From: Basidiobolus meristosporus CBS 931.73
Lineage: Eukaryota > Fungi > Basidiobolomycota
NCBI GenBank assembly: GCA_002104905.1
Contig: MCFE01000779.1
Span: 1-36,643, forward strand
Length of the DNA: 36,643 bases
Direction of reading: 5' to 3'
Shown here: positions 30,551-36,643 of the stretch, piece by piece
Layout: each line of letters begins with the position of its first letter
Position numbering within the stretch: position 1 is the stretch's first letter
The notes under the pieces: generated by a model
Database searches by the model: none
The model's input: only the letters and a program-made list of their open reading frames with translations
Told to the model about the DNA's origin: nothing
Position numbers and translations under genes: made by a program

Positions 30551-31614
30551 TGTAGTGGGGTCATATTGACACCCACTGACAGATGTGTGCATTCCCATAT
30601 TTCCTACTTCCCTATTTCTCTAATACACTTATTTAAGTTTTATCCCTTTGTCTTACCTGATTAGTACTATCTTATAAGCCAGTTGACTATCATACCTGCT
30701 TACCTTATTGCATAAGTTATCCCTCACTTTATGTAAGATTACTAGCAGTAAATGCTTCTATATTAGGCAAGTACCCATGACAGTACCTGCAACACATGAT
30801 CAACCCATGTCACCATCCCTACCATTTCCATACCATGCATGGTATCCCTATGTTACACAGGTTTTGGAGTACTTTTTCCTGATTGGTTGGATGTGCTGTG
30901 CCTCTTAAAGCCTCTGGCACCTGCTTAGAGCATTCTTAGGTCATTCTGATGTCATTAAGATTTCTATTGATATCTGGAACCTTCTGGAACACTATTATTA
31001 GTACTCACTTAGACAGTAAGAAAAGTATATGAGGGAGGCTATCCCTCAACAATAAATTATCATCCCTTTTATCAATATACCAACTTGTTGATTAGTGTAT
31101 CACTGCTACCTGCTACTACCTGAACATCCAACCCCAGACCACAGGACACTCCCAGGAAACCACGCTGACAGCAAACTGACCTTGGAGGCACTACTTGTGA
31201 GCAAAACTGAGTAGGTATCTTTTATTATATTTGATTCTTTCCCAAGTTTGTTCTTGTGCAGGCAAAGATACTTTTGTGTCTTTGTATCTATTGACCACAG
31301 CTGCATTCTTATCAAGTCCCTGCTGGTGGAGTTTACAATTGTTTTGACTTTAGAAGCTTTAGTACATTGCCATCTCAAAGGATGCTGAACCCAGCATATA
31401 CTTTTGTTAAGATGCCAACTAAGTTGGTGATTGTAGCTCAATAGTTTTCCCTTGACACACTTGTGGCTTTACTCCCCATCACATTGGATTAGAGACAGAA
31501 CCCAAGTATTCCTAGCAAGCTTGTGCCAGAGGTTATTGCACCCAGTTGACACCCCACACCAAACACTTGGGAAGTGTTGGATATATCTCTCCCTTGGACC
31601 TATACACCACCACA
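30551..31614 (+). repeat. Large solo LTR (1064 bp), probably gypsy-type, inserted in copia B gag
   Basis: TGTAGTGG...CCACCACA termini (7/8 inverted match); gag sequence resumes at 31615; TATA-like GTATATGA then AATAAA near 31025-31057; flanks GCAC and GTGC. Confidence 0.78.
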
Positions 31615-34219
31615 GTGCCAATAAGAAGGAAAAAAGAGGATGCTCTAATAAGCAATGATAACCAACAAAGGAGGTACCCAAGACACTACAAAGGCAACAG
31701 CAACCTTTTTTGCAACTACTGCAAAAGGAAGGACACACATCAGACCAGTGCCTCAAAAAGAGAGATAATCAGCAAAAGGAGCCTGAATATGGAAATGCTG
31801 CAACAACCGAATATAGACTATTTATATCTGCACTGAATATTGCCACAAACAAGGACTCTCTGACATGGTATTTTGACTCTGGAGCATCTCAACACTTTAC
31901 ACACCAAAAAGAACTTTTTACCCAGTATCAAGAAATTCTAGTTAAAAAGGTTCTCATGAGTAACAGTAGAACAATTGATGCAGTGGGAGAAGGAACTATC
32001 CAAGTAAACCTTGAAAGCAGTAAAGGAAGCCATACACTGACTTCTAAAGAAGTACTCTTTACACTAGAAATAGCCATGAACCTACCATCTGTAAGCAAGG
32101 CCACTGCAGAAGGACTCAGTTTCAGCTTTGACAATTTTGGATTCAGGATCACTGATCAAAATGGCACCCATATTGCTTTGGGTATCAGAGATCTGAATCT
32201 ATACAAGTTGACATATATTCCATCATATATGGAAGCCAATATAAATAACTTAGATGAAGAAACACCAATGCATTAGCACAGGAGATTTGGGCACATCAAT
32301 TTTGATTACTTGAGCAAAATGATCAAAGATCAGCTGATTTCTGGAGCAAAAATTGATACCCCAGCTAGTTTGGAGCACTGTAAAGCCTGCATATATGGGA
32401 AACAAGCCATACAACTATCTAAGAGCTCTGGGTTAGTCAAAACTAAGAAACAATTAGGTCTAATTCACTCAGATCCATGTGGACCTATGCAAATTTATCC
32501 TTAAGTGGGATGAAGTATTTAATCACTTTTATTGATGATTATACACGATACATATGGGTCTACTTCATGGAGGAAAAGGAGGAAGCTCTGTCTAAGTACA
32601 GTGAGTTCAAAGCCATGGTGGAGAGAAAAACTGGTGAAAAATCAAGAAAATATGCTCTGACAATGGTGGAGAATATACCTCAAAACTCTTGATCCACTTC
32701 TGCAAAATTCATAGGATAAAGCAAGAGACTACTGTACCATACTCCCCACAGCAAATTTGAGTAGCAGAACATGCAAACAGATCAATAACTGACATGGAAA
32801 GATATATGATCCATGATCAAATATTATCCTATGATTTTTGGGTGAAATCAGTTGCCACAGCTGTATACCTTGAATATAAGAGTTATGACAGAATACTTGG
32901 TGATTCTACTCCATTTAAAGTATGCTATAGATACAGGCCAAGTGCAGAACATCTAAGAATATTTGGGTGTACAGCATATGCCAAGAAACTGCTTGGAAAT
33001 CAGTCAAAATTTGAGCCAAAAAGTGTCAAATGCATATTTTTGGGCTACTGCAATGAGAGTAAGGCATACAGACTCTAAAATGCTAAGGCAAAGAGGCTGA
33101 TGTAGTCCAGGGATGTGTTGTTTGATAAAAATTCAAAGTTTTCACAAAAAATGACATCAGATGATGACACAAATATGATCTTAAGTCCACCAATAGTCAG
33201 TATTGAATCAGACCAAAACAATGAGAACTTTTTCACTCCAGAGAGCACTACAACCATGGTTCAGCCTGAATCAGTGCCCAGGAATATTCTAAAAGTGAGC
33301 ATTCCAGTATCAAGTGCCAGGAGATTCAACTGGAGAAGAAATAGCCCAAATTGCTATATCAATGAGGGTACAAACTTAGCCTATGCATATTCAGTCCATA
33401 TTGATGAGCTGCAGATTGTAACGGAGGCCCCAAATATCCCCCAGAAAAATTTATGGAGATCTGCAATGACTGACAAATACCATGCTCTGATGGAGAATCA
33501 AACTTGGGACTTAGTCAAATTACCAGGTGACCAAAAATCAATTTGATCAGATGCGTCTTTAAGACAAAATACAAGGTTTATGGTTTAATTGAAAGATTAA
33601 AAGCAAGACTTATGGCCAAAGGATACTCTCATTCAAAAGGACTTGACTATACTGAGACCTTTGTACCAGTTGCCAATTTTAATTCCATCAGATCAATACT
33701 GGCTATTGCAGCCAAATACAAGTTTTTCTATACATCAAATGTATGTAAAAACTGCATTTCTGAATGAAGACCTTGATGAGGAAATGTATATGGACCAGCC
33801 TGATGGTTTTGCTGACCAAGATAACCCCTGTTTGGTCTGCAAGCTTAAAAAATCTTTACAAGGTCTCAAACAATCACCAACAGCCTGGTATTGCAAGATA
33901 GATTCCTACTTAGAATCTTTAAGTTTCAAAAGGAGTAATGCTGACTATAATACATACTAAAAGCCATATAGAGCAAATCCAGTTCTACTAGCTCTATATG
34001 GGCATGAACTTATTTTAGCGCCAATAACCTAGAAACATTGGCACAGACTAAATCCAGTATATTTTAAGAGTTCAAGATGTCCAATCTAGGAGTACTCAGT
34101 TACTACTTAGGAATAAAGTTCTCCATAGACAGAAGTACCAGGACTATCACCCTAAGCCAATCCAGGTATATTCAAGATATACTAAAGAAGTACTAAATGG
34201 AAAACTGTAGACTGGCAGC

Positions 34220-34740
34220 TGTTATGAATAGACACAAGGCAGGAGGAAAAGCTAGGCACGGCAGGAAAGGACTTAGGTGTGGACCATCAAGGCAAGGCAG
34301 GATTCAAGGCAAGGCTGTTTATTCAAGACCTGTGTTTATCAGACTGAGGAATACTCAAGGGGGGATAGGACTATATATACTTTTTGGCTATATTGATGCC
34401 AAGAGATATTAGCTAATACTAATGGGGTTGTGGGGTGAGGCACAGCAATGGTGCTGGGGATAATGACATAGATGACACGGCACTGAGACAGGATGGGGAA
34501 ATGGATTGGGTCACCTGATCATGTGACTAAGTCATGTGACCTGGTATTTCCATATATGGTACTGGACTATGAAAAATACGATGGAAAGCTTCCATGGAAT
34601 GTTCCATTGTGTAACAATGGTTTGGAATGGTCAGGAACTTTCTGGAAGGTGGTAGAAGGTTCCAGAAGGAATCTCTTAGAAATTGAGCTAGGAAGCTGAA
34701 ACTTGGCATGGGTGTTCATGGTTGTCATGTGATCATGACA
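34220..34740 (-). repeat. Chromovirus 3' LTR (521 bp)
   Basis: Plus-strand termini TGTTATGA...TCATGACA (7/8 inverted match); abuts the PPT and the pol stop codon. Confidence 0.88.
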
Positions 34741-36642
34741 CTATTCTCCTCTTCCAGGCAAAGCTCTGTTTCCCTTTGGGGTAGGTTTTGCAGGATATTG
34801 TTGGTGGAACTGGGTAACTAGTTCTTGACAATTAGTGAGATGTGTAGCTGGTTCCCATGTTTGGTCACTTGGGCCATAACCAATCCAGTCTACTAAGTAG
34901 CACAGCTTTGACCGGATATACTTGGAGTCTAGAATCTGTTTAACTTCAAATTCTTGATGTTGGTCAACCTGGATAGCTTGGGGCTTTGCTTCTTGCCGGT
35001 TTGGCAAGGTGTTCCTACAATACGGCTCCAGTAGGGACACATGGAAAGTATCATGGATTTGCATACTTGCTGGTAACTGTAGCTGATATACTATAGGGCT
35101 AAGCTTTGTCTTGATCTTGAAAGGACCAAGTTTCTTGAAATCCAATTTGTCACAAGGGCGGTTGGTGCTGATGTTTCTTCTGAGCAGCCATACAAAATCT
35201 CCTTCATTAAGATCAGGGCTGGGATGCCGTTTTAGATTGGCAAATTTCTTGTAGCTTTCCTGAGCTAAGGATAGTTCTTCCTTGAGGGTATTCTGGATGT
35301 CCTGGATTGCTTGGGCATGTTCAGCCGCATGTGGGCTCATTGGGTTTGTTGGGATCTGGATATCAAACTGAGGGTGGAATCCATAGTTTGCATAGAATGG
35401 TGTAAAACCGGTTGCACTATGGCTTGAGTTGTTGTAGGCAAACTCAGCAACAGGGAGTAGATCAACCCAATTGTCTTGCTGGTAATTGATATAGCACCGG
35501 AGGTATTGCTCTAGAATCTGGTTGATTCTTTCAGTCTGGCCATCAGACTGTGGGTGGAAGGCAGTAGAGAGCTTGACTTGAACACCAAGGTATTGCATGA
35601 AGTGTTTCCAAAACTTGGACACAAACTGTGGGCCTCTATCTGACACAATATCACTGGGGATACCATGAAGGCGGAAATTATTCTTCAGGACTAAAGCAGC
35701 AGTTTCTTTTGCATCAGTGTTCTTACAGCAAGGGATAAAGTGAGCCATCTTGGTCAGCCAGTCAGCCACTACAAGTATAGCATTGAAGCCACATGACTCA
35801 GGGAGGTCAGTAATGAAGTCCATAGATATAGATCTCCATTGGTGTTCTGGGATAGGCAGGGGTTGAAGAAGTCCATTGGGCTGGTGTCTGGCTGGTTTTG
35901 CACGGTTGCAAATATCACAAGTCAGAATGTACTCTTTGATAAGAGTTATCATTCTAGGCCACCAGAAATCTCTTTTGATAGCATTCAAGGTTTTGGCAGT
36001 ACCAAAGTGGCCTGCAGTCATTGAATCATGCCAAGACTTAATGATGTCCAGCTGGGTGGCAAGGTCTGGGACATAAAGCTGCTGCTTGTGGTAGATGAGG
36101 TTGTTTACCAAATGCAGGTTCTGGATGTTTGGGAACTTGGGAGGGGGCCGAACTGGGGATTCCAGATATTTCTTGATGGTGCTGGAAGTCATATCAGAGG
36201 CCTGGGATTCTGATATCCTTACTAGGGATGAAGGGACAACAAGACTTGAGGACTGGGTGGCAAGAATCTCAAAATGTTTCTTGCTCAGCAGTGGGTGTTC
36301 CATTTGCCAACAGGCATCATCTCCCTCTTACAGGGCATATTCCTTTTTTCTGGACAGGGCATCAGGCTTTCCTTGCTTTGCACCAGGTCTATAGGTGATA
36401 GTAAAGTCAAAGCTGGACAGGAAGAGTGACCATCTGGCTTGTCTCTGGTTTAGTACTTTGGAAGTTGCAAAGTACTCAAGGTTCTTATGGTCACAGAAGA
36501 CTTTGATTTTGTGTTTTGCACCGTCCAGGTAGTGTCTCCATTGCTCAAAGGCCACAATGATGGCAAGCAACTCCTTATCATAGATATCATAGTTGATCTC
36601 TGCAGGGGAAAACTTCCAAGAGTAGAATGCAATGGGGTGCAA
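34741..36642 (-). CDS. pol: Gypsy pol: RNase H - integrase - chromodomain (single in-frame TAA at 36328-36330)
   Basis: [36 protein letters not shown]; [12 protein letters not shown]; [21 protein letters not shown]; LGPFKI; [26 protein letters not shown]. The two ORFs in the track share one frame. Confidence 0.95.
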
Positions 36643-36643
36643 C

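Larger units (their letters stand above)
29533..34219 (+). mobile_element. Copia family B element, copy 2 (decayed; interrupted at 30551 and 34220)
   Basis: LTR 29533-29939 (TGTTGCAG...CTACAACA), PBS GGTCATGAGCTCTGAGC, gag, knuckle FCNYCKRK/GHTSDQC, WYFDSGASQH, IHSDPCGP, integrase, RT KARLMAKGY and LQGLKQSPTAWY. Confidence 0.92.
34220..36643 (-). mobile_element. Chromodomain-bearing Ty3/gypsy retrotransposon (chromovirus), 3' part
   Basis: RNase H, integrase and chromodomain; PPT GGAAGAGGAGAATAG (34741-34755); 3' LTR 34220-34740; inserted into copia B RT. Confidence 0.95.

Noticed and set aside
1-36643. Classical CpA-directed RIP as the main mutational process
   Set aside because: Some stops arise in CpA context, but CA and TG are abundant and paired CA/TG differences dominate the alignments I counted, which fits CpG deamination better. 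RIP indices were not computed.

Overview
This is a eukaryotic, strongly CpG-depleted nest of transposable elements; I found no host gene, rRNA, tRNA or CRISPR array. The primer-binding sites point to a fungal or protist host rather than a plant or animal (inference). Retroelements: (i) a near-intact Ty1/copia element (family A, minus strand, 1-3477) plus a solo LTR and a 3' remnant of that family; (ii) two copies of a second copia family (B), one a B/A chimera; (iii) a decayed Ty3/gypsy family (C) with several LTRs; (iv) large solo LTRs with 4-5 bp target duplications, one carrying a 73-bp higher-order minisatellite; (v) the 3' part of a young chromodomain gypsy element (34220-36643, minus). 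DNA transposons: (vi) two decayed, oppositely oriented CACTA/EnSpm-type elements, each with a divergently transcribed unknown ORF; (vii) a 3.3-kb PHIS/IS5-like DDE transposon (9299-12635) with 15-bp TIRs, an AAT target duplication and a divergent ~358-codon unknown ORF. The best candidate for an undescribed system is element (vii) together with 732-bp fold-back MITEs. These MITEs share its termini, have both arms resembling its right end, and enclose a conserved 40-bp spacer. All boundaries, counts and alignments were done by eye; no searches were run.
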